A stretch of 33,886 bases of DNA from Chiloscyllium plagiosum (Eukaryota). Location of the stretch: the NCBI RefSeq assembly GCF_004010195.1, contig NC_057718.1:2795929-2829814 (forward strand). The letters run 5' to 3'. Positions 33,447-33,886 of this stretch are shown here, one piece after another (the stretch's first letter is position 1; every line of letters begins with the position of its first letter). The position numbers and the translations under genes are program-made. The notes beneath the pieces are model-generated. The model was not told the DNA's origin. It saw only the letters and a program-made list of their open reading frames with translations, and made no database searches.

Positions 33447-33886
33447 GAAGAAAGTGAGGTCTGCAGATGCTGGAGATCAGAGATGGAAATGTGTTGCTGG
33501 AACCCCGTGGACCACCTGGACACCCCGTGCTGGCCTCCTACCTGCCCTTGACCTCTGCATAGCCAACTGCCGCCGCGATATTAACCGCCACCTGAACTCC
33601 TCCACCCCTCTCACCCACTCCAACCTCTCACCCTCGGAACGCGCAGCCCTCCACTCACTCCGTTGCAACCCCAACCTTACTATCAAACCAGCAGACAAGG
33701 GAGGCGCGGTCGTAGTTTGGCGCACCGACCTCTACACCGCTGAGGCCAAACGCCAGCTCGCAGATTCCTCCTCCTACTGCCCCCTTGACCATGACCCCAT
33801 CCCCCACCACCAAACCATCATCTCTCAGACCATCCATAACCTCATCACCTCAGGGGATCTCCCATCCACCGCCTCCAACCTCATAG
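33447..33886 (+). mobile_element. Penelope-like element: short terminal piece joined to pre-RT coding sequence, running off the window
   Basis: aaagtgaggtctgcagatgctggagatcagag is followed by sequence encoding LTIKPADKGGAVVVWRTDLY. It is the same family as 25178-25550 and appears less decayed (CpG-rich). Confidence 0.9.

Larger units (their letters stand above)
26200..33450 (-). repeat. Right arm of the large inverted duplication
   Basis: Reverse-complement matches to four blocks of 8620-17560, in mirror order. Confidence 0.88.

Noticed and set aside
1..33886. Prokaryotic defence, retron, CRISPR or other novel RT system
   Set aside because: All RT motifs belong to frameshifted CR1 or Penelope-like retroelements. 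There is no operon structure or repeat-spacer array, and the repeats are minisatellites or segmental duplications.

Overview
This is a eukaryotic, retroelement-dense, largely non-coding window. It most likely comes from a shark (inferred from the HE1-type V-SINEs, CR1 LINEs with (ACTCTATG)n and (TTCTATG)n tails, and Penelope-like elements). I find no complete gene, RNA gene, CRISPR array or prokaryotic system. Almost all ORFs in the supplied track are decayed CR1 or Penelope-like fragments or their antisense shadows. Two assembly gaps are present (19959-20458 and 26529-26589). Two signals are not explained by repeats. (1) Four paralogous copies of a 52-nt signal-peptide-like exon end in a phase-1 splice donor (4712-4763 -, 8796-8847 +, 12543-12594 +, 33235-33286 -), each followed by the same intron-like sequence, with no convincing exon 2 in the window. 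(2) An old, large inverted duplication has arms at ~8620-17560 and ~26200-33450 that carry reciprocal deletions and arm-specific insertions, and a third cassette copy lies at ~2196-4905. Weaker signals are degenerate Penelope-type hammerhead ribozyme motifs and a possible decayed protein-kinase exon. Repeat boundaries were aligned by eye and are approximate, and family names come from motif recognition rather than database searches.
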